NCBI GenBank assembly: GCA_040400605.1
Contig: JBBAPZ010000007.1
Location: forward strand, 19,485 to 83,484
Direction: 5' to 3'
Source of the DNA: Candidatus Sericytochromatia bacterium
GTDB lineage: Bacteria > Cyanobacteriota > Sericytochromatia > S15B-MN24 > JAQBPE01
DNA length: 64,000 nt
Every line of letters starts with the position of its first letter. Position 1 is the stretch's first letter. Below the pieces are notes generated by a model. It saw only the letters and a program-made list of their open reading frames with translations. It did no database searches and was not told where the DNA came from. The position numbers and the translations under genes are program-made. Shown in pieces: positions 29,676 to 39,673 of the stretch.

Positions 29676-29909
29676 GATCACCCTCCCCAAGATTCATTTG
29701 AACGCGCATCGGCATTCGCCGCACGTAAAGGCCGCCATCAAAAAACGGTCACACCACCACCTGCGGCTCAACCGGCGCCACTCACCCGACACAGTCCTAA
29801 CCTTTGCAGCGGACCGACACAGATACTCCATCATACGGCGGAATGCCACCCCTGAACAGTGTCACCACGCGCACCAGGCTGTTCCACCCCGACAAAAACA
29901 GTGAACGCG

Positions 29910-30350
29910 TCAGTCAGCACCATCAGGAATCAACTCAAGCAAGGGTGCACCATCCGCCACCGCCATACCGTCAACAGCAAAAATGCGTGCGACTCGCCCC
30001 GCCACTTCGGCCCGGCACTCGTTCATGAGCTTCATGGCTTCTAATAAGCCAACCATTTGTCCGGAACGAACCCAATCACCCTCCGCAATGAATGGCGGCG
30101 CCTCAGGCGCAACCGCCCGATAAAACACGCCGGAAAGCGGCGCGCGAATCACCACCCGTGCCGGGGAAACCGACCCTGTTTCCTCGCCATCCCGCCGCAC
30201 CGAGCTAACATCAAACGGGCTCGCATGACACGTGTCTTGCACCCGTTTGACAACGTGTATAAAAAACCCTTTGCGTTCCAGGCTGAGTGCATCAACCCGA
30301 TCGGACGTCAAGCACTCAAGCCAGGCATCCAGTTCATTCAGTCCGTGCAC
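29910..30350 (-). CDS. accB: Biotin carboxyl carrier protein
   Basis: APLSGVFYRA and EAMKLMNE biotinylation motif; follows efp. Confidence 0.85.
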   Translation of the reverse strand: MHGLNELDAWLECLTSDRVDALSLERKGFFIHVVKRVQDTCHASPFDVSSVRRDGEETGSVSPARVVIRAPLSGVFYRAVAPEAPPFIAEGDWVRSGQMVGLLEAMKLMNECRAEVAGRVARIFAVDGMAVADGAPLLELIPDGAD

Positions 30351-30361
30351 AGAACAGTTAC

Positions 30362-30919
30362 TCAGGCGCGACCCAAATACTCGCCGGTCCGCGTGTCGAT
30401 GCGTATCTTCTCACCGGTCTCGATGAAAAACGGCACAGCCACCACCGCGCCTGTCTCCATTTTCGCCGGTTTGGAACCGCCTGTCGCCGTGTCACCCCGC
30501 ACACCCGGATCGGTCTCAACCACTTCCAGTTCAACCATGTTAGGGATATCAACACCAATCACGGTGTCACCAAAATACAACACCTGCGCAATCATGCCCT
30601 CTTTCAACCATTTGACGGTGTCTCCGAGTTGTGTGGCACCAAGCGTCACCTGATCGAAAGTCTGTTGATCCATGAAGTTGTATTCGCCAACCGCCTCATA
30701 CATATACTGCATTTCGCGTTTGTCAAGATTCGCCATCGCGATCATCTCACCAGCGCGGAAGGTTTTTTCCACCGTTCCGCCACCCTTCATATTCTTGAGT
30801 TTGGTCCGAACAAACGCTGCCCCCTTACCGGGCTTGACGTGTTGAAATTCGATGACGGAACAGGGGTTCCCATCGACGATGATCGTCTTACCGGGGCGCA
30901 GATCATTCGATGAAATCAT
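30362..30919 (-). CDS. efp: Elongation factor P
   Basis: [40 protein letters not shown]. Confidence 0.96.
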   Translation of the reverse strand: MISSNDLRPGKTIIVDGNPCSVIEFQHVKPGKGAAFVRTKLKNMKGGGTVEKTFRAGEMIAMANLDKREMQYMYEAVGEYNFMDQQTFDQVTLGATQLGDTVKWLKEGMIAQVLYFGDTVIGVDIPNMVELEVVETDPGVRGDTATGGSKPAKMETGAVVAVPFFIETGEKIRIDTRTGEYLGRA

Positions 30920-30968
30920 GAACACAATCTCTTTTCGATACAACAATGAAAGGCTGCTAACGGGAGGC

Positions 30969-30997
30969 ATGATAACACTACCAACAAGCGTCCGCAA
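30969..30997 (-). promoter_or_regulatory. Putative sigma70 promoter for efp
   Basis: Minus strand TTGCGG, 17-nt spacer, TATCAT with an extended TG. Confidence 0.5.
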
Positions 30998-31497
30998 AGT
31001 ACCGACACCCTTCCAGCCGAACGCCAAACCCCATCAGGGTACACTGCTTCCCGGAAAGCGGCCCGACTGATGCAATTTCCCCCTGATGAGTCTAAACGGA
31101 CCCGGGTCCGACGCATGCACGCCTGAAGCGTCTCCCGCCTCGGTTGCCAACCGGGATTGTCAGCCATGCTTTCAAGCCTTACCTGGTCGTGGAGCGACGT
31201 GTCAACCATCACCACTCGCGCACCAATCGGCGCAAGTAATCGGTCGTGAGCACAGATTTGAACATCCCCTGGTAGCGCATCGCACAAGCGCTATCTAGCC
31301 AAGCGTCAATTGATGATCAAACCTTGGCAGTTGGTGCCTGAAAACAAATCAAAGGGCCTGATGTTTTTTTATATGTCACACAAGTTTTGGCCAGAAAGCG
31401 CTGCGTGACTGTATCGTGCCACACGTCACGAGTTCTATGGCATCGCAAAAACTGTTATGCTGGTTATCGTTTCCTCCATTTTGAAGAAGCAGCGACC

Positions 31498-31965
31498 ATG
31501 CCTTTCCGTTTTACGTGGGTGATCCCCGAACAATTGGCCGGTATGGCCCTTCCCGGTTCGACCGCGAGTCTGGATGACGATTTTGCCAGCCTGCGCAAAC
31601 GCGGCATCACAAACATCGTGACGCTGACCGAGAAGCCTTTGGCGTGTCATGATTCCGTTGGCTTTCGTTTGTACCATTTCCCGGTGCGGGACATGGGTAT
31701 TCCCGAGCATCGGCAGACGGAGGCGTACTGTCGAATTGTCGATGCGGCCATTGCAGACGGGCAAAGCACAGCCGTGCACTGTCACGCGGGGATTGGTCGC
31801 ACAGGAACATTTCTGGCGGCGTATCTGATCTGGTCGCGTGGCTTGGATGCTGCTGAGGCCATCCGTGCGGTTCGTCAATGCCGGGTTGATTATGTACAGA
31901 GTCGTGGACAGGAACTTTACCTTCGCGACTGGGCAAAAGACATCGCGGGGTGTGAAGCCCGATGA
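31498..31965 (+). CDS. Dual-specificity/tyrosine protein phosphatase
   Basis: HCHAGIGRT (CX5R) active site; ATGA overlap with the ROK gene. Confidence 0.88.
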   Translation: MPFRFTWVIPEQLAGMALPGSTASLDDDFASLRKRGITNIVTLTEKPLACHDSVGFRLYHFPVRDMGIPEHRQTEAYCRIVDAAIADGQSTAVHCHAGIGRTGTFLAAYLIWSRGLDAAEAIRAVRQCRVDYVQSRGQELYLRDWAKDIAGCEAR

Positions 31966-32918
31966 TTGCGGCCATTGACCTTGGTGGCAGCAAGTGCGCC
32001 ATCGCGCTTGGCCAACCCGATGGCACGGTTCTGACGCGGGCCCGTTTTACAACGAGGCCCGACCGGGGTCCTGAGGTAGTCATCGCGGAGATGATTGCAA
32101 CCGTCAACCAGTTACGCGACCAGGTAGCTGGCACCTTATCCCGGATTAATGTGGCCAGTGTTGGGCCGCTTGATCCCGTGAGCGGCCTCTTGCTTTCCCC
32201 TCCTAACTTTCCTGGATGGGATGCAGTGCCCCTTCGCCACCGTTTGCAAGAGGCTTTCGGTGTCAGTGTGCTGGTCGAAAACGATGCGAACGCCGCCGCT
32301 TGGGGCGAGTTCAAATTGGGCGCGGGCCGCGGGTCGGACGCCATGATGTACGTGACTGTCAGCACGGGGATTGGTGGCGGCCTTGTTTTGAATGGCCGCC
32401 TTTGGCGTGGTTTTCGCTCCGGTGCCGGTGAACTGGGTCACCAGACCGTGATGCCCTTTGGTGGTCCGTCGTGCGGTTGTGGCAATGAGGGTTGCCTTGA
32501 GGCACTTGCTTCCGGCACCGCGATCGTTCGGGCGGCGGCGGAACGCCTTGATCACCTTCGCACACCCGAACTCTGGCGACTGTGTCGCGGCGATCGCCAG
32601 GCCTTGCGGGCAACCGATGTTGCCGTCGCGGCGGCTGCCGGCGAGCCGGAGGCGCGCCATATTTGGGAAACAGCCGTCACTTGGCTTGGGGTGGGGCTTG
32701 CAAACGCGATCAATATCGTTTCTCCTGACTGCCTCATCATCGGTGGCGGCGTGGCCCGTGCCGGTGATGCACTCATTGCGCCGCTGCGACTGGCTTTGCG
32801 CCAGAGGGTTCGATTGATGCCAATTGACAGGATGACACTCCGGACAGCCACGCTTGGCGATGACGCCGGTTTGATGGGCGCTCTGGTATTGCCCGAGCAG
32901 GAGGCGGACAGCCGCTGA
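31962..32918 (+). CDS. ROK family sugar kinase (glucokinase-like)
   Basis: IDLGGS, ENDANAAA, STGIGGG, GELGH, CGCGNEGCLE. Confidence 0.92.
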   Translation: MIAAIDLGGSKCAIALGQPDGTVLTRARFTTRPDRGPEVVIAEMIATVNQLRDQVAGTLSRINVASVGPLDPVSGLLLSPPNFPGWDAVPLRHRLQEAFGVSVLVENDANAAAWGEFKLGAGRGSDAMMYVTVSTGIGGGLVLNGRLWRGFRSGAGELGHQTVMPFGGPSCGCGNEGCLEALASGTAIVRAAAERLDHLRTPELWRLCRGDRQALRATDVAVAAAAGEPEARHIWETAVTWLGVGLANAINIVSPDCLIIGGGVARAGDALIAPLRLALRQRVRLMPIDRMTLRTATLGDDAGLMGALVLPEQEADSR

Positions 32919-33157
32919 ACGAGCCGCAATCAGCTTCGTTGATTGGTCATTGAATGCTGGCTGCAACAAGGCGGGTTTCAACTCTCGAGCGCGGTCTTGT
33001 CACCCTTGCGGGCAGGTCTGGTGGTTGTCATTCGGGCGGCGCATCTGCCGATTTTTTGATGTTGGTATCAGGAGTGCGTCTTGCGCACCGCTTGTAGTAT
33101 CATGGCGTCAGGCTTGCATCATGGGCTGGGGCAATTCAAAAGTCTGGGGGTTTTTTC

Positions 33158-34261
33158 ATGGCTCGGGCATCTTCAGCACTGGGATGGTTGGCTTTGGTTG
33201 CAACGGGCGTTGCGGTGGGCGCACTGGCTTCCAATCGCCATGTCGAGTGGATCAACCGACTTAGCCAAAAGGGGCATCTAAGTGGCGCAACACCGCTGCT
33301 ACCGGTCGTTATCACGCTTGGGACCGAATTGTGGGAGGCGTTGGGTACGTTCCGTGACAAGGTAATGGAGGTGCCGGACGTCGTCAGGCGTGCGATGGGT
33401 TTCGCTCCGACACAGATTCACTTTAGCCTGAAAATGGATCTGGCGCCTTTTGAGTATCAGTTGCATCTTCGCGGTCTGAATGTCGGCTCAGGTACGATCA
33501 AGCCGCAGCACTTGTTTGCGGTGCAAGAACACGGCGACGGGGCGGATGATCTGCCAGGCGAGGTGGCGCGGGATGCACGTTCCGGTCGTTGGGGCATCTG
33601 GATAGCGGAACAAGATACAGGGCGGGCGCACTTGTTGGGTTATCATGCGCTGGATGCGGCCTTTGTCATGGCCTTGCATATTGAAACGTTGCTTCGGCGC
33701 CATCTGTATGAACTGCTAACCCGTGAAGAAACCTATCGGATGTTGGAGGGCGCGCGCCGAGAGTGTCCGAGAACGGTGGATGAAGTTGAAAAGCAACTCA
33801 ATGTGGGACTTATCCAAGGCGTACTTCAGAATCTGCTTCGCGAACAGGTTGCCTTGCTGGATCTACCGCTTGTTCTGGAGTTGATGAGTGATGCCAGTCG
33901 GGAGGAAACAACACCTGATGGATTGACCAGACTGGTACGCGTGGGGTTGGCCCGGCAGATCAGCGCTGCCTTTGCCGATGGGCAGGCACGACTGCATGCG
34001 ATTCCCTTCGACGTGCCAAGCGATCTGCTTCGTACCATGACCATTGGCGAACCGGCTCATCGGCAATTGGTTGAACGCGTGACGCGGCAACTGGATCACG
34101 CCCGTCATATGGGGCTGCCTGCCGTTTTGGTTGCGCCCGGTGGTATCCGCAGTGACCTGAGGCGCCTGCTTGAGCAGGACTTGCCCGATCTGCCGGTACT
34201 GGCCAAAGCAGAATTGGCCAGCGGTTACGAACTGACCTGGTTGACGGACTTACCTGTCTGA
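33158..34261 (+). CDS. FlhA/SctV cytoplasmic-domain-like protein with a single N-terminal hydrophobic segment
   Basis: LAPFEYQLHLRG, ELLTREET, IQGVLQNLLREQV, LTRLVRVGLARQI, IRSDLRRLLE..LPVLAKAEL; no multi-TM domain. Confidence 0.8.
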   Translation: MARASSALGWLALVATGVAVGALASNRHVEWINRLSQKGHLSGATPLLPVVITLGTELWEALGTFRDKVMEVPDVVRRAMGFAPTQIHFSLKMDLAPFEYQLHLRGLNVGSGTIKPQHLFAVQEHGDGADDLPGEVARDARSGRWGIWIAEQDTGRAHLLGYHALDAAFVMALHIETLLRRHLYELLTREETYRMLEGARRECPRTVDEVEKQLNVGLIQGVLQNLLREQVALLDLPLVLELMSDASREETTPDGLTRLVRVGLARQISAAFADGQARLHAIPFDVPSDLLRTMTIGEPAHRQLVERVTRQLDHARHMGLPAVLVAPGGIRSDLRRLLEQDLPDLPVLAKAELASGYELTWLTDLPV

Positions 34262-34299
34262 TTCGATGCGCCCCAATCCAGTGAAAGACGTCACGCACT

Positions 34300-36915
34300 T
34301 TGGATCTCGTTGTCGCTCACACCAGAACCGACTTTGACGCGCTGGCTTCCACCATCGCGGCATCACTGCTGCATGATGGGGCCGTACCTTTTTTGCAGAG
34401 CCAACTGGATGCACGGGTTGCGTCCTTCGTTTCGGTACACAGGGACGAACTCGGCCTCAAACGCATCGACGAGGTCGATCTCAACGATGTGCACCGCGTC
34501 ATCGTCGTCGATACGCGGCGTCCCGAACGATTGGGAGACGCGGCACCGTTGTTGAAACGCCACGATGTGGAATGGGTCGTTTATGATCACCACCCCATTC
34601 AAGACGGCGATCTCCTGGTGCCAGCGGGTAGCTCGCGTCGCGTCGGCGCCTGCGTCACCTTGCTCATTGAGGCACTTCGTGAAAAAGGGTGTGCCATATC
34701 GCCAATTCAGGCGACCACGATGGCCATCGGCATCTATGCGGACACGGGTCGTTTCAGTTATCCCGGCACGTGTTCTGATGATTTGCTGGCGGCGGCCTAT
34801 TTGCTGCAGCACGGTGCCGACCTCACCTTGATTCAGCATTATACAGAACCTCAGCTTAGCCACAAGCAAAGAGACCTTCAGGAGAAACTGCGCGCCTGTG
34901 GCGTCACCGTGGCGCAGGACGAACACGATGTGTTTCTGGCCAGTTGTTCCCACGAGACACACGTTGACGGGTTGGCGCTGATCACCGAACTTCTGCAGGA
35001 AGAAACCCACGCTGACGTCATCATCATCGCTGTCGCCATGCGCCCCCACGTGGTCAATGTCGTTGCACGAAGCCAACTTCCGGCGCTTGATCTGAGACAG
35101 ACACTGGCGTTCTTGAACGCAAAAGGGCACGCCGGGGCCGTTTCCGCGTTGGTGCGTGACCAACCCCTCGAGCGCATCGTCATCGAACTGCGCGACGCGC
35201 TCCAACGGGCACTCCCTTCAACACCGCGTGCAATGGACATGATGAGTGCGCCTGTCCGAAGCATTGCACCAACCCAAACGCTTTCTCAGGCCAACCTGCT
35301 TTTGGAGCGCCTTGGACACTCGGCGTTGCTGGTCATGGATGAAACAGGTCGGTTAAAAGGAGTGTTATCCAAGCGCGACGTGGCCAAAGGTCTGCGACAC
35401 GGTTTAGCGGAAACACCCGTTTCGGACTGGATGACACGACGAGTGGTCAGCATCCCCCCAGATTGCACGCTGACTGACATTGAACGCTTGATGGGGCGTC
35501 ACGATATTGGCCGCATGCCCGTGATCAAAAACAGCGCGGTGCTCGGTATCGTGACGCGCTCGGATGTCTTGCGTATCCGTTATGGGCATCGCTTGTCAGG
35601 GGAGCAAGTTGTCAAGAAGCGTGTTCAGCCAATCAAGCAGCGCTTGCTCAGGCAGTGGCGTGAAGAAGACTGTCAGTTGCTTGAGCTGGTTGCCGGTGTG
35701 TCCGGTATGGAGCGCGTCTATTTGGTGGGCGGGGCTGTCCGGGATCTTTTATTGGGGCACGACAATCCTGATATCGATCTCGTGGTGGAAGGTTCGGCCA
35801 TTGATCTCGCACGCCGTTTGACCGAGGTTTTAGCAGGCGCCCAACTGCAAATACATGAGGCAGTTGGGACTGCCCGCATCCACCTCACAGGCGATCGCCA
35901 CCTCGATGTGGCAAGCGCACGCACCGAATATTACGCCCGGCCCGGTGCCGTGCCTGACATTGCGTTCAGCTCACTCAAACAAGACCTCGCACGCCGAGAC
36001 TTCACCATCAATTGCCTGGCCATCCAGTTAAGCCCACCGCCTTTTGGCCAGTTGCTTGACTTTTTCGACGCCCTGCAGGACTTGGACGACAAGCAACTAC
36101 GAGTCTTGCACAACCTCAGTTTTGTCGAAGACCCCAGCCGTGTTTTGCGTGCCGTTCGCTTTGAAAGTCAACTCGGTTTTCGCCTCGAACCCGGTTCGGA
36201 GCAACTTGCGCGCACGACGCTCAAAAATAGGCAATTTGCCGGTTTCGGCAGCAAACGCGTCATGCAGGAGTTACAACGCATCTTGTGCCTGCCTCATCCT
36301 CTCCAAGCGCTTGACAGGCTGAATGATTTGGGGGCACTCAGCCTCATTCACCCGGAATTGACGTTGGCCTCACACACCCGTCGCTCATTGCGTCTCGCCC
36401 ACAGGCTCGCGTTAACTGCAAAACTGGATCCAAGCGGCAGTTCCGCTTTGTATTTAAGTGTCTTGCTTGAAAGGCTGCCATCAACCGCACAAAAAGAAGC
36501 CTTGCGGAGTCTGCAATTCAGTAGGACCGCCTGGAACAGAATTTTGGCTCCGATTGAAGCGCTTGAGGAATGGTCAAAGGGCATATCCAGTGCCAGCCGC
36601 ATTCATCGTTTGTTACAACGGTTTGATGACTGGGCCATTCTCGCCGTCATGGTGCTTGGGCGATCGCACCCCATCTCGCCTTGGCTCCGCCACTTTCGTC
36701 GCGACTGGCGCTCCAAGGCCGTCGAGCACTCAGGTGCCGACCTGATGCGCCTTGGGCTCACGCCCGGTCCCCGCTACGCAGAAATTCTGGATGCCCTCCT
36801 TGAAGCCAAATTAACCCACCCATTGCCAGACAAGTCGGCGGAAAAAGCGTGGCTCGATACCTTTCTTAAAGCCGAAACGGCTGCGCGTGGAGAAGCATCC
36901 CGTGGACGTGATTGA
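34300..36915 (+). CDS. DHH + CBS-pair + class II tRNA nucleotidyltransferase (likely A-adding type)
   Basis: HTRTDFDAL, YDHH, two CBS repeats, VGGAVRDLLLG..DIDLVVEG, RRDFTIN, EDPSR. Confidence 0.9.
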   Translation: MDLVVAHTRTDFDALASTIAASLLHDGAVPFLQSQLDARVASFVSVHRDELGLKRIDEVDLNDVHRVIVVDTRRPERLGDAAPLLKRHDVEWVVYDHHPIQDGDLLVPAGSSRRVGACVTLLIEALREKGCAISPIQATTMAIGIYADTGRFSYPGTCSDDLLAAAYLLQHGADLTLIQHYTEPQLSHKQRDLQEKLRACGVTVAQDEHDVFLASCSHETHVDGLALITELLQEETHADVIIIAVAMRPHVVNVVARSQLPALDLRQTLAFLNAKGHAGAVSALVRDQPLERIVIELRDALQRALPSTPRAMDMMSAPVRSIAPTQTLSQANLLLERLGHSALLVMDETGRLKGVLSKRDVAKGLRHGLAETPVSDWMTRRVVSIPPDCTLTDIERLMGRHDIGRMPVIKNSAVLGIVTRSDVLRIRYGHRLSGEQVVKKRVQPIKQRLLRQWREEDCQLLELVAGVSGMERVYLVGGAVRDLLLGHDNPDIDLVVEGSAIDLARRLTEVLAGAQLQIHEAVGTARIHLTGDRHLDVASARTEYYARPGAVPDIAFSSLKQDLARRDFTINCLAIQLSPPPFGQLLDFFDALQDLDDKQLRVLHNLSFVEDPSRVLRAVRFESQLGFRLEPGSEQLARTTLKNRQFAGFGSKRVMQELQRILCLPHPLQALDRLNDLGALSLIHPELTLASHTRRSLRLAHRLALTAKLDPSGSSALYLSVLLERLPSTAQKEALRSLQFSRTAWNRILAPIEALEEWSKGISSASRIHRLLQRFDDWAILAVMVLGRSHPISPWLRHFRRDWRSKAVEHSGADLMRLGLTPGPRYAEILDALLEAKLTHPLPDKSAEKAWLDTFLKAETAARGEASRGRD

Positions 36916-37510
36916 TTCAAATCTGACACACCTTGTCATTTTGCTTGTGTTATTCGTTCCTTCGATCACGGTTCATGAATTCGCTCACGCCGTGGTGGCG
37001 CATACGTTAGGCGATCGCACCCCCCAGCGTCACGGTCGCCTCACCCTCAATCCGCTCGCCCACTTGGATCCAATCGGTACCCTGTGTCTTTTGTTCGCCG
37101 GATTTGGATGGGCCAAACCAGTGCCCGTAACAACCTGGGATTTACGCCACCCGCGCCTGGCTGAGTGCCTGATCGCGCTCGCAGGCCCCGCAAGCAACCT
37201 GCTTCTTGCCTGGCTGACACTGTGGCTGTACACCCATGCGACAACCAAACCCTCACCAGAAGCCAGTCTCTTGCTTGCCGGCTTCAGCCTCAATGTCACG
37301 CTTGCCGTTTTCAACATGCTACCTGTTCCGCCACTTGACGGGGGGCACTTAATCGCCAATCTCATCCCGGAACGTCACCGAGCACGCTACGAAGCCTTGC
37401 TACCATACGGCATCCTGATCGTCTTGTTGATGGTTTTCGTGCCAGCACTCAACCAACCGCTCGTGCTGCTTAACCAATCAGTGCGCCAATTGATCATCAA
37501 AGCGGTTTGA
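36902..37510 (+). CDS. Site-2 protease (M50 family)
   Basis: HEFAH, NPLAHLDP, GWAKPVP, FNMLPVPPLDG. Confidence 0.92.
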   Translation: MDVIDSNLTHLVILLVLFVPSITVHEFAHAVVAHTLGDRTPQRHGRLTLNPLAHLDPIGTLCLLFAGFGWAKPVPVTTWDLRHPRLAECLIALAGPASNLLLAWLTLWLYTHATTKPSPEASLLLAGFSLNVTLAVFNMLPVPPLDGGHLIANLIPERHRARYEALLPYGILIVLLMVFVPALNQPLVLLNQSVRQLIIKAV

Positions 37511-37514
37511 AGCC

Positions 37515-37988
37515 ATGTGGCTGCGCATCCGTCAAGTAATGTACTACCTATTTCCCAGAACATCCCCCCACGACAGCGATTTTATCGCAACCATTCTCAA
37601 CCCCCAGCAGCAAGCCCTGTTTTGCTCCCTCAGTTTGCCTGACCAAGCCCACGCCATCCGCGTCGCACGACGAATGCAACGACGCAACGCACCCCGCTTC
37701 GCACTCGAAGCCGCATTGCTGCACGATTGTGGAAAACCCGCCGACTTCAGACTCTGGATGCGCATCGCCTGTGTCATCGCCACACACCACCCCATGCTCA
37801 CCCACTGGGCACAGCAAAAACCCTGGTTTCAGATTTACCACCAGCATGGTGACCGTGGCTTGAAACTCGCAGAAGCGCACGGCAGCACGCCAGAAGCCCT
37901 CGCTTTGCTACACGCCTGTTTGCACGACCCAAGCACAAACACTTTGCCTTGGCTTCAGGCCCTGCAACAATGCGATGATTTGGGCTGA
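37515..37988 (+). CDS. HD-domain protein
   Basis: DQAHAIRVA, ALLHDCGK, C-terminal DD. Confidence 0.8.
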   Translation: MWLRIRQVMYYLFPRTSPHDSDFIATILNPQQQALFCSLSLPDQAHAIRVARRMQRRNAPRFALEAALLHDCGKPADFRLWMRIACVIATHHPMLTHWAQQKPWFQIYHQHGDRGLKLAEAHGSTPEALALLHACLHDPSTNTLPWLQALQQCDDLG

Positions 37989-37991
37989 GCT

Positions 37992-38204
37992 TCACGCTTC
38001 ACCGCTTTGACCTTGCTGCAACCACTGCTGCAAGCCCTGAGCTTCAGCAACTTGATAATACTCACCCTTGAACTGACGCGCTTTCAATAATCCCAAACTT
38101 TGCTCAAGTGATTCAGTCAAGGCCAAGCACGCTGGCCCCGTCACGCCACGAACATCCAGTTGAATCGCACCTTCTGATGTGATCACGATTTCTATCTCCT
38201 GCAT
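37992..38204 (-). CDS. DUF2997 family small protein
   Basis: MQEIEIVI..G...DVRGVTGPACLALTESLEQSLG..EYYQ; GAGGAGG RBS. Confidence 0.8.
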   Translation of the reverse strand: MQEIEIVITSEGAIQLDVRGVTGPACLALTESLEQSLGLLKARQFKGEYYQVAEAQGLQQWLQQGQSGEA

Positions 38205-38462
38205 CGCCTGGTGCCTCCTCTCACCACCACTTAAACAAAAAAGCGTTGATTGGCCGTCAAACGTTGGTTATCAGTAAACAACAGCAGGTGACTGCCCGAT
38301 GTTGTTGAGTTTACTACACACGTTTTGAACAGAAACAGCCGTGTCACGGTATATCAGCAAATGAACTCGTGACGACGACACGTTGCTTGCCAATCAACGT
38401 TGAACACAGAACCGCGAGCTTCCGCTAACGTTACAAAACCGGGACTTCAGGCCACATCCGTT

Positions 38463-39635
38463 CTACCGCCCGGTGGCGCCTTCCGCCCGAGCTGTCAGCA
38501 ACATACCCCATTTTTCCCGATAACCATCGCCCGACTCGAAGGGCGTCAACTCAGACGCCCGCTGCATCGATTCGATGGCCTGATCCAGTTGCCCCAATTT
38601 CCAAAAGGTCGTACCAAGCCCATCCCAAGCCGGCGCATGCGTTGGCTGCACACTCAGAGCCAATTCAAAACAGGCACGGGCACCAGAATAACGGCTGTCT
38701 TGCAACATCGCCCATCCCAACCCCGTTCGCGCTTCCACCCAATGGGGTGCAAGTAACAGCGCTTTGCCAAAACTGCCAACCGCATCGGCGTGCAAGCCAT
38801 TTTCTAATTGCGCAACCGCCAGGTCATACGCGGATTCAGCGCTTGTGGGACTCAGGCTGAAGACCGTTTGGAAAGCTGTGAGTGCCTGTGACAGGTGGCC
38901 CAACGCCATCTCAATCTGCCCAATGGCTCGCCACGACGTCAGATGATTCGGCTGACGGTTCACTGCGCGTTGATAGGCCGCGCGCGCGCATTCCAACTGA
39001 CCCAGTAACTGAAACGATCGCCCGACACCAGCTAACCATTCAACCGCCAATGTCTCTTGTTCGAACAGTTTTGCCAATACCTCCAAGGCATCAGAGATAG
39101 CGTCGTGCGCAGGTGCCAAGTTAACCAATTGCTCAAGCACGAGCAGGTCGGCACAACCAGACAACAGCCAATCTGTCATGACGGCCAACACGCGTGGTCC
39201 ATCTCCCATTTTTTCGTGATAACGAACCAACCCGGCATACGCTTCCGGCGTTGTGTGGCATACGCTCAGGGCACTGATCCACAATGCGTAGGCTTCGGAC
39301 CAAGCGCCACGTAACTCAGCGACTGAAGCCAAACCAAGGTATGCCGCCACCAAACGCTCATCCAACGCAAGCGCTTCGGCAAAAGCCTCTGCAGCAAGGC
39401 CCAGACGGGGTGGCTGAACAGCCAGATAGGACTGCCCCAACCCCAACCAAGCCAACGCATCGCGCCGTTCCAAAGCCAAGGCGGCAAAAAAACATTCACG
39501 TGCCCCAGCACCATCACCAGTCACAAGCCGCTGTTTCCCCAGCGCCAACCAAGATCCGGATTCATCGACAGGCAGCCCCTGACCGTCAGAAAAACCCTCT
39601 CGACAACCGTATCGCGAATCAGGCAATTCCGTCAC
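38463..39635 (-). CDS. Tetratricopeptide repeat protein
   Basis: Repeated AWxGLG..A..AF..AL.L.P helical units. Confidence 0.85.
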   Translation of the reverse strand: MTELPDSRYGCREGFSDGQGLPVDESGSWLALGKQRLVTGDGAGARECFFAALALERRDALAWLGLGQSYLAVQPPRLGLAAEAFAEALALDERLVAAYLGLASVAELRGAWSEAYALWISALSVCHTTPEAYAGLVRYHEKMGDGPRVLAVMTDWLLSGCADLLVLEQLVNLAPAHDAISDALEVLAKLFEQETLAVEWLAGVGRSFQLLGQLECARAAYQRAVNRQPNHLTSWRAIGQIEMALGHLSQALTAFQTVFSLSPTSAESAYDLAVAQLENGLHADAVGSFGKALLLAPHWVEARTGLGWAMLQDSRYSGARACFELALSVQPTHAPAWDGLGTTFWKLGQLDQAIESMQRASELTPFESGDGYREKWGMLLTARAEGATGR

Positions 39636-39673
39636 AACGGTCTCCCAACCGAGCCAGCCTCTGCAACGACCGT

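Noticed and set aside
29700..29905. Riboswitch or small gene between accB and nusB
   Set aside because: No consensus motif and only a short unconvincing ORF.
31081..31110. Hammerhead ribozyme core (CTGATGAG)
   Set aside because: The required GAAA after stem II is absent (CCGG follows instead).
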